Shown: positions 13,951 through 27,079 of the stretch, piece by piece
How positions within the stretch are numbered: the first letter of the stretch is position 1
How the letters are laid out: the number at the start of each line of letters is the position of its first letter
Assembly: GCA_951406725.2 (NCBI GenBank)
Contig: OX597816.1
Span: forward strand, 90,768,001 to 90,832,000
From: Octopus vulgaris
Taxonomy: Eukaryota
DNA: 64,000 bases
Direction of reading: 5' to 3'
Position numbers and translations under genes: made by a program
Notes under the pieces: model-generated
The model's input: only the letters and a program-made list of their open reading frames with translations
Database searches by the model: none
Told to the model about the DNA's origin: nothing

Positions 13951-14627
13951 TACGAGGTTTGATCAATAAGTACTCGGACTGTTGTCAAAGCACGCGAAGT
14001 AAAGCTGCTTGGCAAAGATTGATCTTGAACTCTGTTGTCCATGCGCATTGAGTTTAACGTTCTAGCTCACTTCCCCTGTTTACAGCAGTGCTTGGAAGGA
14101 AGGTGTGTTGCATGTGATCGTCACATTGACCATGACAAAGAAAATTGGTCATGCGATACCCACTCAGGAGCCTACGCAAAGTTGAAGAAAGTATATAGAA
14201 AGGAGTGTATGAGCCATACACAAGTTTACGAGTGATTCAGACGTTTCCAAGATGGCAGAAAAAATGTCGATATTGACGAACTTTCTGGAAGACCCGCACC
14301 CAGCAGAACTGAGAATAACATCGCAGATGTGCGAGCAGCTGTGAGGGGAAATCGTTGAATCACCATCCGTGAATTATCAGAGGATGTGCAGCTTAGTTAC
14401 GGTTCAGTTCAATCCATTATCACTGACGCCTATCTACCAAGTTTGTGTCAAAACTGCTTTCCGCTGACCAAAAATACACTCGGGTTTCAGTTGTCGAGAA
14501 TAATGCAAACCTTTTGAAAACTTTGCTTAGGCCTCTGAGCAGATACCTTAAAATGTTTGGCAAAATTTGATACAGATTCTCTGCTCAACTTTCTCTGTCA
14601 CGGTCAATGCAACGATCACACGCTACA
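13951..14627 (+). mobile_element. Mariner (Tc1/mariner) non-autonomous remnant with transposase N-terminal pseudogene
   Basis: Starts TA-CGAGGTTTGATCAATAAGTA (mariner-like TIR). Translates to AYAKLKKVYRKECMSHTQVYE*FRRFQDGRKNVDIDELSGRP...R*ITIRELSEDVQLSYGSVQSII and KFVSKLLSADQK (HTH domains plus degenerate WVP linker). Confidence 0.88.
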
Positions 14628-14740
14628 TAATACGGCAACTTACTTTGGGTTTCTACTTTTAACGACTTGCCTTATTTTTAGTCTACAAAAGTAAATATTT
14701 TCTTACTTTATTTTGCGTAAGTGTGCACAAAAATCTCGTG

Positions 14741-14788
<48 letters not shown>

Positions 14789-14831
14789 TGCATTGTGCGT
14801 ATGTATGTCTCTCTGTGTGTAAATATATATG

Positions 14832-14868
<37 letters not shown>

Positions 14869-15356
14869 ATATATACTCATTCACACATACATACATAGTC
14901 CACAGATGAATTCCAGTGATTCTCAGTGTAGAAGACACTTAATGGTGCTCAAATTATTCAAACGTAGACTCCGATGTCTTTACAGGGATCAATTCCACGG
15001 GGTAAAGAATGGCCATGAAACGGATAGAGGCAATTATACGGATAAAAAAATGAGATGTATTAAATATAACAGTATGAAATACAAAATATGGAAATATGTA
15101 TACATGCAAAAGGAGAGATAGTAAAGGGTGGAGACTTTCACCGATGAATATTTAAGTATCAATATGCAGATATTTATATTAATATACAGATATATATACA
15201 CAGAGGACAAACGATAGAGAACATTAAAGGGTGGAAGGAAGATGGTATACGTCCAACAGATGTTTCTAGGGGGGCTTAGAGATCGATCATAACATAGGAA
15301 GATGGACTTCAAACTGTTATACTTAATAGATTTAATTTGTTTATCCGTATAATTAA

Positions 15357-15445
15357 CTCTCTCTCTCTCTTTCTCTCTCTCTCTTTCTCTCTCTCTCTCT
15401 TTCTCTCTCTCTCTTTCTCTCTCTCTCTCTTTCTCTCTCTCTCTT

Positions 15446-15476
<31 letters not shown>
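15357..15476. repeat. (CT)n with 14-bp higher-order period
   Basis: (CTCTCTCTCTCTTT)n. Confidence 0.95.
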
Positions 15477-15820
15477 ATATATATATATACTTACATTTAT
15501 GCATATATATATATATACTTACATTTATGTACATATATATATACATATATATATATATATAGTAGTAGTAACAGAAAAGAAGAATTTCGGTTGACCCCAC
15601 GTGATGGGTTGTAATGTATATAAGAAATTAAAAAAGGAAAATACGCACACTTACATGGTTTTAATATAATTTTTAATATATCGACCGGTTTCGCTATCGC
15701 TATTCATAATATAATGTTTAATTTATATGAATATATATTCTTTCTTAAGAAGAAATTTGGTCCATGTTGTGTGTGATGAAATTCACGAGTGAATGACTTC
15801 ACAAGTAGACAAGTAGACAA

Positions 15821-15875
<55 letters not shown>

Positions 15876-16699
15876 CATACATACATATATATATATATGT
15901 GTGTCAGTGTGTGTGTGTGTGTGTGTGTGTGCGTATATATATGAGTATGCATACGTAATTAAATAATGAAACTGAACAAATTGTCGATGTAACAGAATGA
16001 TCCCCACCACATCAAAACATTTCTGGTCTTGTACCAAAATCTGAAATTTCAATTGTTATTATTATTATTATTATTGTTAGGCATCATTTTTGAAATCCTG
16101 GTAGTTGATATTACTTGAGCTTGAGGAGTTTAACGTCCGTTGCACGCAAACTACATTACATAGCTGCGAAGCAGAACCATAATGCATCAAGGTTACTGGT
16201 GGACTTTAATCATTAGCCTTGTCCAAAAGTCGTTTATCGAAATTGAATACAATAATCTGATGATGTATCAGTAAATTTCATAGTGCCACCACTCCTCATG
16301 GCGTAAGAGCTATCGTCATTCTGTGACACTAATTTACTCCGAGATAGACTCGACCGCTTTAGAGTTAACTGTCTGGACCAAAAAGACGGTTATGTATGAC
16401 ATGATGCGAACTACATCCCTCTTAGCATGTTGCTCCTTATCTTCCCAACAAATTCGGACATAGACCTCACGATGAATTCAGGTAATATTAACTCAATATA
16501 TCACTCACAATTCTCATTCATGGTTATATATCGCGAATTCCATTATGTAATATTACTTTACATTATATTATGCTGCATTATAATAGATTATATTTAATAT
16601 ATAAATAATTTCTATGTTAATAACCTTTTGTTGTTTGTTTACAGAAGGTTTGAATATGTAAATTTAGAATGATTCTCTCCTAAGCGTAGGCTTAGTACG

Positions 16700-16815
16700 A
16701 ATTTTGTGACAGAGAAGCAGTTGCCCAGGCTAGCCATCTCCCTCTCCACATCACCGATTTTATCTAAAAGAAAGGCAAAGTCAACAATATATTAGCATCA
16801 GTGTCATCACAGGTA
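16700..16815. mobile_element. Degenerate copy of the module at 51760-51870
   Basis: gcagttgcccaggctagccatctccctctccacatcaccgat vs gcagtcgcccatgcataccagcctcccctctccacgccaccgat. Confidence 0.6.
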
Positions 16816-17650
16816 TTGCCATCGGATCAAAAAGGGCCGGAACAGATATTAAAAGGCAGTCGCATGAACGTTCTAAAAATTCTGCTGTGAAAATGTTCTT
16901 TATTTGTCGACCCCAGAAGGATAAAAGGCAGATTTGAACTCTGGTTTAGTTTATAGTTATTGTAATATGTTACAAATTAACTCAAAGGATTCCAATCTTT
17001 GCACATTACGTGTGGTTTCACGTATGTCCAAAATGGTACAAAGTGTGTAGCCTTTAAGACGGATTTTGTGCATTTACAGAGCGCACCGAACCGTCTTACA
17101 TAGGATCTTGTTTTTAGGAAATCCCAATAAGATATGAATACCAAAATCATTAAGTCAGTTACGTAATAACATGCAATTTAGTTACCCGATAGTAAAAATT
17201 CAAATAAAGTAGCCCTGAAAAGAGATTTAATGCATTCCCAGAGTATATAGAACTTAGGAGGAAATACCAATAAGTTGTGTATGCCAAAATCGTGATATGA
17301 GATAATATCATTTGAAAGAAAGTCTGAAGTGGCATGAAAGACATCGTCATTCATGGTATATTAGTGAATAAGTCACTAACGGAAATAAGTGGAACTATTG
17401 TTAAGGAAAATACTATTTACTTGTTTAAAGGTTGTTCTGGGTAAAGTGTGAAAATAACCCTAATAGTTCAGATATCGTAAAAAGCCATGTAATTTGCGCA
17501 CCTGCTTAATTTACGCAGGTGATTTTCAGAATTGCCGATATGGACAGGGAATAAAGGTTTTCAATTTAATACTAGTGTAGCTCATTTAACAGTGGTGCCC
17601 CAGCATGGCCGCCACTTTCGGGCTGAAACATTTTAAAGTATTTAAGGAGT

Positions 17651-17691
17651 TATATATATATATACATATTTACATATGTTTATGTACATAC

Positions 17692-17743
<52 letters not shown>

Positions 17744-17947
17744 CATATACATATATATTTTTATATCTATCTATATATATATCCATATATATTTATATAA
17801 ATATATGATATATATATATATATATAATTACATATACATATATATTTTTTATATCTATCTATATATATATCCATATATATTTATATAAATATATGATATA
17901 TATATATTTATATATATATATATATATGTTTATATATTTTTATATAC

Positions 17948-17980
<33 letters not shown>

Positions 17981-18278
17981 ATATATATATATGATATATA
18001 TATTTATATATGTTTATATATATATATTTATATACATATATATATATATATATAATTATATATATATATTTATATATATATGTTTATATATATATTTGTA
18101 TATACATATTTATATATATATGTTTATATATATATAATTATATATATATATTTATATATATATGTTTATATATATATTTGTATATACATATTTATATATA
18201 TATATATTTTATATATATATATATATTATATATATATATTTTTATATATACATACGTATATATATATATATATATATA

Positions 18279-18348
<70 letters not shown>

Positions 18349-18354
18349 TATATA

Positions 18355-18390
<36 letters not shown>

Positions 18391-18557
18391 TATATATATA
18401 TGTATTTATATATATATTATATATATATTTATATAGGCATACACACACACACACACATATATATATTGATATATCTATATTTATACATATTTATATATTA
18501 ATATGTATATATATATTGATATATCTATATCTATACATATTTATATATTAATATATA

Positions 18558-18598
<41 letters not shown>

Positions 18599-19135
18599 AT
18601 ACCTATATCTATACATATTTATATATTAATATATATATATATATATATTTAGAAATAGCAGTCAAAGAGTTATAGCTATTTCTTCTACTAAAAAAGGAGA
18701 TCTCAGTAAAAATACAGCAATTGGAAGGCAGACACAAACAGGTACAAACACTGCCTTCCAATTGCTGTATTTTTACTGAGATCTCCTTTTTTAGTAGAAG
18801 AAATAGCTATAACTATGCTATTTCTAAATTCGGTCTGTGGTAAGGCAATTCGTTGCTAAACCCTTTATTGCTTAGTATTACTTAAATTTTCCTCGAATGA
18901 GGCTTTTACATGCCGAAGACTACTTGGTGTAATTGATAATTATTACAAATTAATTAATTTCACCCTTCATTATTACGGATATATATATATATATATATAT
19001 ATTGATATACCTATATCTATACATATTTATATATTAATATATATATATATAAATATTTTGATATATCTATATCTATATATATCTATATCCTATATATATA
19101 TATAATATATGTATATATATATTGATATATCTATA

Positions 19136-19173
<38 letters not shown>

Positions 19174-19196
19174 ATATATATATGTATATATATATT
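17651..19196. repeat. ~1.5 kb degenerate (TA)n field, interrupted by a foldback element
   Basis: Directly visible. Confidence 0.95.
18648..18978. mobile_element. Short foldback element in (TA)n: inverted repeat 18648-18828 plus unique tail; probably PLE-derived
   Basis: agttatagctatttcttctactaaaaaaggagatctcagtaaaaatacagcaattggaaggcag is followed by its exact reverse complement after a 19-bp spacer. A degenerate HHR-like string lies at 18891-18925. Confidence 0.65.
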
Positions 19197-19200
19197 TTTT

Positions 19201-20150
19201 CTCTAGTTTCAGCTCAGAGCTGCGGCCATGCTGATGCACCGCTATTTTGTGCTGCACTGTTATTACGACGAACCTCGTCTAATATGTGGCACTTGGTGAA
19301 GAATGGAGTTTGATAAAGCTACTCTCATTTGGACCTCTTGCCGTGAGGTAGGTTCATCTGGGACTCTTGACAGGAAGATGTCCAGCTTTGATTTAAAAAC
19401 CGCTACATCTACTTTGTGCAAGTTCCTCAGACTCCCTGGGAGAATATTAAAAAGCTGTGGGCCCTTGAAACCCAGGCTGTTGCAGAAGCTGCTCCTGAAG
19501 CGTGATGGCATTGCTGGGATCTTTGGCACTATGCAGTGTCGTCCCGTTCTAGCATTGGTGTAGCTTACAATGCCAAAATTCCAGACATATATTACTGCAT
19601 ACCTCTCCCGTCTTCTCTCCAGGGAGTAGAGTCTTAGTTGTATCAACCTTTCCCAGTAGCTGAGCTGTTGCAAAGAGACGATCTTCTTTGTGTATCTTCT
19701 CTGGATTGCTTCAAGGTCCGCTGTTAATTTTACACTGGTGGGTGACCATAGCTGTGAGCATTAATCCAGGCGACTGAGGACGAATGTCCGCCAGAGGACC
19801 ATCATAGTTTCCTTATCTCTGGTTCTGAATGTTCTTAGGATCCACCCAGCCAGTTGTCGCCATCCTGGTAATGTGCACTTGGAAAGAGGTATCATCACTG
19901 ATGGAAAGAGGTATCATCACTGATGTCGATACCCAGGTCCCTCACAGACTTAGGCTCTGGGATTGAAATTCCCTGTGGACCGGTGTATCCTGTAAGTTTA
20001 ATATTCAGTTTTGGATGCTGGTAGCGCAGGGCCTGGAATTTTTCAGCATTAAACTGCATATTATTATCCTCAGCCCATCTGTAGATTGAGTCCAACCCCT
20101 GCTGCAGGTGTGCAACATCGCTGGGGTTCTGTATTTTCTGCGAGACTTTC
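19201..20150 (-). mobile_element. 5'-truncated CR1-clade LINE (RT C-terminal half to 3' end)
   Basis: LQQGLDSIYRWAEDNNMQFNAEKFQAL...SVRDLGIDISDD, then LSYWERLIQLRLYSLERRRERY...GPQLFNILP...FKSKLD. A 22-bp tandem duplication at 19881-19924 breaks the frame. Confidence 0.92.
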
Positions 20151-20169
20151 GTATATAGTATATATAATA

Positions 20170-20228
<59 letters not shown>

Positions 20229-20250
20229 ATTTATATACCTTTATATATGT

Positions 20251-20461
20251 ACTCTTTACTCTTTTACTTGCTTCTGTCATTTGACTGCGGCCATGCTGGA
20301 CCACCGCCTTTAGTTGAGCAAATCGACCCCAGGACTTATTCTTTGTAAGCCTAGTACTTATTCTATCAGTCTCTTTTGCCGAACCGCTAAGTTACGGGGC
20401 CGTAAACACACAGGCATCGGTTGTCAAGTGATGTTGGAGGGACAAACACAGACACACAAAC
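20251..20461 (-). mobile_element. OR2-like CORE SINE, 3' half
   Basis: Matches the 3' half of the full copies at 56661-57079 and 59085-59499. Confidence 0.85.
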
Positions 20462-21023
20462 ACACACATATATATATATATGCATATACATATATACGAA
20501 GTATGTGTATATATATATATATACACATACACAGTTGTATGTGTATTTCCATGTATATCTGTTTGTGACTGTGTATTATAATATTAATTTAGCAATGTGT
20601 AAGTGCATTCCCATGTGAATATGGGCAATAACTATGTATTTTTGTAAATAATTAACAACTGGTAAACAGTTGGCATTTTTTTCTAGTTATATTGACTCTG
20701 CATGAGTAGTTAAAAGACATAGCGAATAATCTCAGTTTATGTTGAAATAAGTGTTTCTAGTTTAGCAAACTAATTCCCAGATATACTCTCACTCAATCAG
20801 CAAATGGAAAGTTAATTTTCTCTGAGTGAATTAGGTACCATATGTACACGAATATTTATGGTTAAATAATTTCATTTATTCATATAGTCAGTGTTGTTTT
20901 AGAGAGACATGGCTGTTTTTCTAAGTAAAAATTTTAAAGATATAGTGAGTTCTTACCTTTTTGCATTGTTGTAAAACGTCTGCGTAACTTAGTATACACA
21001 GAGATAGTAATTTTTTTTCCTAG

Positions 21024-21051
21024 GCAGATCTATATATAGATTCTAAAAAGG
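21024..21051 (+). CDS. Candidate 28-nt micro-exon (ADLYIDSKK-g)
   Basis: Acceptor taattttttttcctAG, donor AGG|GTAAGT, open frame. No homology recognised. Confidence 0.22.
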
Positions 21052-21646
21052 GTAAGTTACTATTGACATTCACTTTGTAAATGAAAGTTAATACAGAGAT
21101 ACAGTCTAGCCTATTTTGCTTTTAGATTTATTTAGATTGTAACAGTTTCCTTCGATTCTGTAAACATAAAAAATGTCATCCGTGTATTTGCGAAAGAAGA
21201 CATTTATGTAATACTCCTTTCAACAAAGCTAATACCTCCTACCTGCGTTGCTTCAAACTTTGATTTAAATACCTTCAACAGATCATTCTCTACCTGCTTG
21301 ACTTATACTGCCCAGTCCCAGTTGTTCTACTCTACCTACAGTTTCTATCAAATTCCATTACCAAGAATAAAATCTACATTCCATTTGAAAAATATTTATG
21401 AGCAACATATTTGATAAGTTAACAACACAACTGACTCTACCCTGTTAGTTCAACATCTTGTTCATTGCTAATGTCAGAAATGAATGAACTTAAATGGTTA
21501 GTCAAGAATATGCTAGATGTGATAGGAAGACGGGTCATGAGGTCCTTATCAATTTGCAAATTCGGTCGAAGATCACGATACAAGGATAACACAATAGTTT
21601 ACTTTTCTGAGAATCTGACTAATCTTTAAACATTCATATTGTAAAC

Positions 21647-21962
21647 CAGTGGTTCTCAACGAGGGCCCATATGATTTTTGGGGTCCACGCCACAAAACCG
21701 TAAATTGGGGATCCACAATAATATTTTAAGGGTCCCTGAAGAAAATTTTGCTTTAGATATATGTATTGGTATGTATTGTAAAAAACAATTAGGTTTCTTT
21801 CTCTATCATCTTACATAAGTCAACAAATGTGTGAAAAACAAAATAGGAATTTTGAAAGAAGTGTCTATAAGACTAGTTCTTAAACATAGAAAGTCTATGA
21901 GGTCCACCGGAATAAAATAGTAATCAAAGGATTCCATAAGTAAAAAATGACTGAGAACTCTG
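21647..21962. mobile_element. hAT (Charlie-type) MITE
   Basis: Ends CAGTGGTTCTCAAC ... GACTGAGAACTCTG. 8-bp TSD TTGTAAAC / TTCTAAAC (7/8, central TA). Confidence 0.8.
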
Positions 21963-22449
21963 TTCTAAACGATCTGAATGGCCAAACAAGGTATCAAATT
22001 ATACAAGTGTTGTATCATTAGTTGAGCTCATCTATATATGTGAACTCAGTATCAGATCTTGTGGGGTTGATTGGAGTGCTTACTGTTCTTACATAATTCC
22101 CGTTAGATGTTAATTAGAACAACTGTTGGCCAAGTTTACAAAGGGACCATTTCAACATTTCATGGTTAGATAGTAACTCTCGAACTGAGTCGAAACGTTT
22201 AAGATAACGTTAACATTCTGGGAAGAATAATATTACTAAGAATTAAATCATAATTTAAATTATGAAGGGAAACCAGATCATGATGAAGAGGGAAACTATT
22301 TCTGTATAAAAATCTGGAATAACAAGAAAAAGAAATAGAAGAAATCCTAATTGATGTAACAGCATTTTGGGTAAAATAAGTCATACTAATTGCCTTCATC
22401 CAGAGTTTACAATATGAGGAAGAGAAAGATGTTTTTTACAGAAAATATC

Positions 22450-23650
22450 AAGGTAGAAAACATTTGCATTGATAATTGCTAAATTCTTGCTACGAAATGA
22501 TACTGCGCAAATAAATATGAGACAGACAATTGGTGTTCACAACAAACGGTATGAAGAAGGATAAATGTCTTGAACTAATCAAAGTAGATAGATGGATGCA
22601 TAACGGTATCACTGCTTTTTGTGGAAGTTGTTCACAGAAATTATGGCAAATATTATTTTTAGGTAGTTAAACTAACCGGGTATGTTACCATCGCAGTGTA
22701 TGGAATGCGCCACACGAAGCCAAAATAAATTATTGACAGATAGATAAACAACCAAGAAAAGTGGACTTACACTTCTTCGAATATAAAGACTTACTGCCAG
22801 AAGACCTATCATATGACTGGTTAAGGATGAGGAAGCAGAATACACAAGAATGAGATGCTAGGAAGCAAATGTGTCCTATCTTTTGTAGGTAGCTTTAGAA
22901 AAATACCTAGGGTGGTTAACTGTCCGTTATGATTTTTGGTGAAAAGTTATTATTTCTACTACCAGTTTAAAGGGATGCAAATGGAATAAAAGGCGGACAG
23001 TACAAAATCGATTATAATATTGCGTATCAAAATATAGAAGACCAAAAGTTACAAGTGGTGAAGTGAAATAAAGAAGAACCGCTTAATTTACATAAAATGA
23101 CCCCAGAGCAATGACGTCAACTGGGTTTAGATAGATTGTATGAAATATGGTGGAGATGGAGATGGAGATTAATGTCGGAAGCTGGTGAGGAATATCATTT
23201 TCGAAGTGATTTAACTTTTAGTTGCAACCGAATATAAATGGTAGACTGTACTTGACTAAATATTTGAAATTCAAAGAAATACTCTGGTGTATAACCATTG
23301 AAATTCCAATCTTGCGATACTAGAATTGAGATCAGGAAGCAAAAATGATGAGGGATATCAGAATTTCATGGGCTAGATTGCAGTTGGCGTCAACATAAGA
23401 TGATCTCTTTGCATGGCCCTTAAATGAAAATAAAAACAGAATATCTAAAATACTATGAGCTACAGAATTGAAAAAGCGATCGGTGATTTAAGATAAAAAT
23501 ACATCGCAGCGTAAACTGCACGGGAACCCAAAATTAATGATCTAATTTATTGCCAAGTGTAATGAATCACGGCACTGGTTTCTAAACCGAGAGAAGAATT
23601 ATGAACTTAGTGATGTCATATTGACGATTTTGATACACCAAATTGTGATG
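22450..23650 (+). mobile_element. Possible very old R4/Dong-type LINE remnant
   Basis: Scattered fragments (KYLG, an RLY..GG-like string, SLHG) in roughly the expected order, ending at an (ATG/AAT)n tract. Many stop codons. Confidence 0.3.
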
Positions 23651-23924
23651 GTGGACATGATGATAATGACAATGATGACAATAATGATGATAACGATGAT
23701 GATTAAGCAAATGGAGGAAAAGGAAATAGAATATTCATTGGAATTAACTCCATGACTTTTAGCTTCATAGAGTAAGTATAAGTTATATTGTTTTGCTTTT
23801 TCGATTTGATAATGTTCCGAGGATTGATGACATGAAGTGATACTTTAATACATAACCCTTAAACTACAAAAGAAATTGCTCGCCATTGATGCATACACGT
23901 ACCTATAAACATCTGCATTCAGCA

Positions 23925-24101
23925 ATAACATCAACAACGTCGTCAACAACATCAACAACGTCGTCAACAACATCAACAACGTCGTCAACAACAACAACAA
24001 CGTCGTCAACAACAACAACAGCGTCGTCAACAACAACAACAACTACTACTACTACTACCGCTGCTGCTGTTGCGTCTGCTACAACAACAACAACAACAAC
24101 A
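23925..24101. repeat. 21-bp tandem (caacaacatcaacaacgtcgt) grading into (CAA)/(CTA)/(CTG) trinucleotides
   Basis: Directly visible. Confidence 0.9.
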
Positions 24102-24768
24102 TATCTAAGCAATTTATTGAAGAGATCAAAGATTAGGTATTCCTGTAGTTGTTCTTAAAGAAGTAGTCAAGCGTCCATAATGAAAATAGAAATGGTTCAG
24201 AAATCAGTAAATCCAACATATCTAATGGACTGTTTGGCGTATTTAACTTGTCCTGTATTTATATTTTAAGAAGAGAAAACATATATTTACTTCCTCAAAG
24301 TTGCTAATAACAAACCTAAATATTGCTCTGGTTAAAAATCGTATTTATTTACATTTCAAATAGTAAATTTCTGTTCATCGCAGACATTTTATTTTGCTAG
24401 AGCAACACTATTCATTCTAAACACCGAAGGTATAGATAAAAAAATTAAACAACAAAATTTTACTCTTGTAAACTTGATTTCAGAAATTAACACCAACGGA
24501 TTCGAAACTGGTTACAATAGATATACAATCTAAAAAGACACTCCTTTTCTGTAAGTCATATGCGAAGCTTTTCTAGTTCAACAAGCAGGTGAAATATCTA
24601 AGCGATTGTCGATCCATTTTCATTTATGGCTTAGTGAAGAAAAGAAGGGCAGCGCTCATATCTCTTTAAAGGACTTCTAAAACTAGCGAGGAGAAACATA
24701 TAAACCCGCAGCACATTGGGGATCTGCAGAGAAGAGACCTAATGCATGTGGTTGTAACGCAAGCAAAA

Positions 24769-24900
24769 GTTATATTTGTAAGCGTATATACAATGAAATT
24801 GTATATACGCCAGCGGAATTTATATTTGTACGAGTATATACAATGAAATTGCGTATACGCAGACAAAATTTTTATTGGATGCGTATACACAATACAATTA
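24769..24900. repeat. 50-bp tandem repeat, ~2.6 copies
   Basis: ttatatttgtaagcgtatatacaatgaaattgtatatacg / ttatatttgtacgagtatatacaatgaaattgcgtatacg. Confidence 0.75.
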
Positions 24901-25091
24901 TGTTTGTGCATGATTTTATGTGTCTGCGTGTATAAGCGTGTTTCGACTCTTTTTCTTCTGAGATATCTTCAAATTCTTCGAAGAATCCAAAACAACATGG
25001 GAAGACATTTTTGGTTGAGCCAAAACAACTTTAGAGATTTATGAATATGATATGTTAGTTAGTCAACAGGTGCATATACATACATACATAC

Positions 25092-25125
<34 letters not shown>

Positions 25126-25234
25126 CACTTCGTATGCAACACAAATACACAGTCGTGTTCTAAAGAGACTTGCGCAACTGTTATATGAGTGCAAGTATAC
25201 TCTCTCTCTCTCTGTCACTCTCTCACACACACAA

Positions 25235-25491
<257 letters not shown>

Positions 25492-26802
25492 TTGTGTATG
25501 AGTATACTTGCACTCAATCACGGGTACGCAAGTGTCTTTAGAACACGACTCTGTGTATTTGCGTCGCATATGATATGCTGGACGCACTAACCAGATCTAA
25601 TTTAGATTACACCCTAGCGTCTTAAAAACAGAGATCGTGACTAATATATATCGCTGAAGAGAAAAAGAAAAAAGCCCAATTGACTGAACGGTAATGGTTA
25701 GAATAATTTTGACCATAGGTCTACCTGTCCAGTGCTGACTTGGAGCAAGATGTTTTGGTACTTTCCCTTGTTATATACGATAGAATATGCTTACGTAGAT
25801 ACATACACATATATACATATGTTAATAAGAACAGCTGATGTCACTTTTTCTGTTTATCTTTTTACGTTTCAAAACTGTTTTGGTTTTGTCTTTCGTTTAT
25901 TGTTTTTTTTTTGTGTGTGTATTGTTTCATCTTTTACTGTTGACACCTTTTACTATTAGCTTTCATCTCTGTTTTAACCTCTAAGTTAACTATCTGAAGA
26001 GTTTTGTAAAACATTATGTCCGTCTTGTCGATTTTATCGAACATACAAACACACATGTATGTATGTATGTATGTATGTATGTATGTATGTATGTATGTAT
26101 GTATGTATGTATGTATGTATGTATGTATGTATGTTTGTATGTATGTATGCATGTACGTAGTCAAGCACAGACTACGCAATCACACACACACACACTCGTA
26201 CATACACATGCGATTGCAAATGCATACACAAGCATACACACGTATTAATAATGTTCACCGCTGGTCGCTGTTCTGAATGGCATTAATTATTCTTGTATGT
26301 ATAAAGTACGCCAGCATGCAACGCATCGTTAGTCACCTACTTAAACTCGTGAAAGTCTCACCAATATAAGATATATTATGATGCTGACAAATGCACTGCG
26401 GACAAATTGTAAATAATACGGCGCTTATCATTCCGATAATATTTGTAGCGTTATTTGTTGATTTTGGTATTCTTTGTGCTCTTTTCCAAGAATGGGCTTC
26501 TTAATAAATTGTTTTTAGTAGAGTATCATTAGCATATCATTTGTTTGTTGCATATGGTGTTCTGTTTGGATACTTTATCAAACACCATTTCATCAGGCTT
26601 GTAATGGATAGTCATTTAGTTTTCATAGTAGGTTTAAAAATATTGCCAGCGTTTGTTTCTGCTTACTATCAGTGTTCAATTTTTTTGTTTGCTTTGTATA
26701 TGTTAAATTCGTTAAAGGTCTTATCGGCTGGCATGAAGGGATATCTATGTCTTACACACACACACACACACATATATATACACACACACACACATACACA
26801 CA

Positions 26803-26856
<54 letters not shown>

Positions 26857-27000
26857 CATGCGCACGCACGCAACATTATTGGCTCCACTCAACACAGTCT
26901 ATTTATATTAAGTACTTGTTTCGTTAAACTTTTATCGGCTATGAAGAGTAAAAATTCAGGTTCCCTTACAGACATGTTATAAATACAACAATAACAACAA

Positions 27001-27072
<72 letters not shown>

Positions 27073-27079
27073 CATTATA

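Noticed and set aside
22170-22205. GAGTC-GAAACGTT resembling an HHR 3' half (similar strings at ~7935 and ~24505)
   Set aside because: No CUGANGA core upstream and no stem I.
13308-24900. CRISPR-like arrays at the 13-, 21- and 50-bp tandem repeats
   Set aside because: No unique spacers, no cas genes, eukaryotic context.
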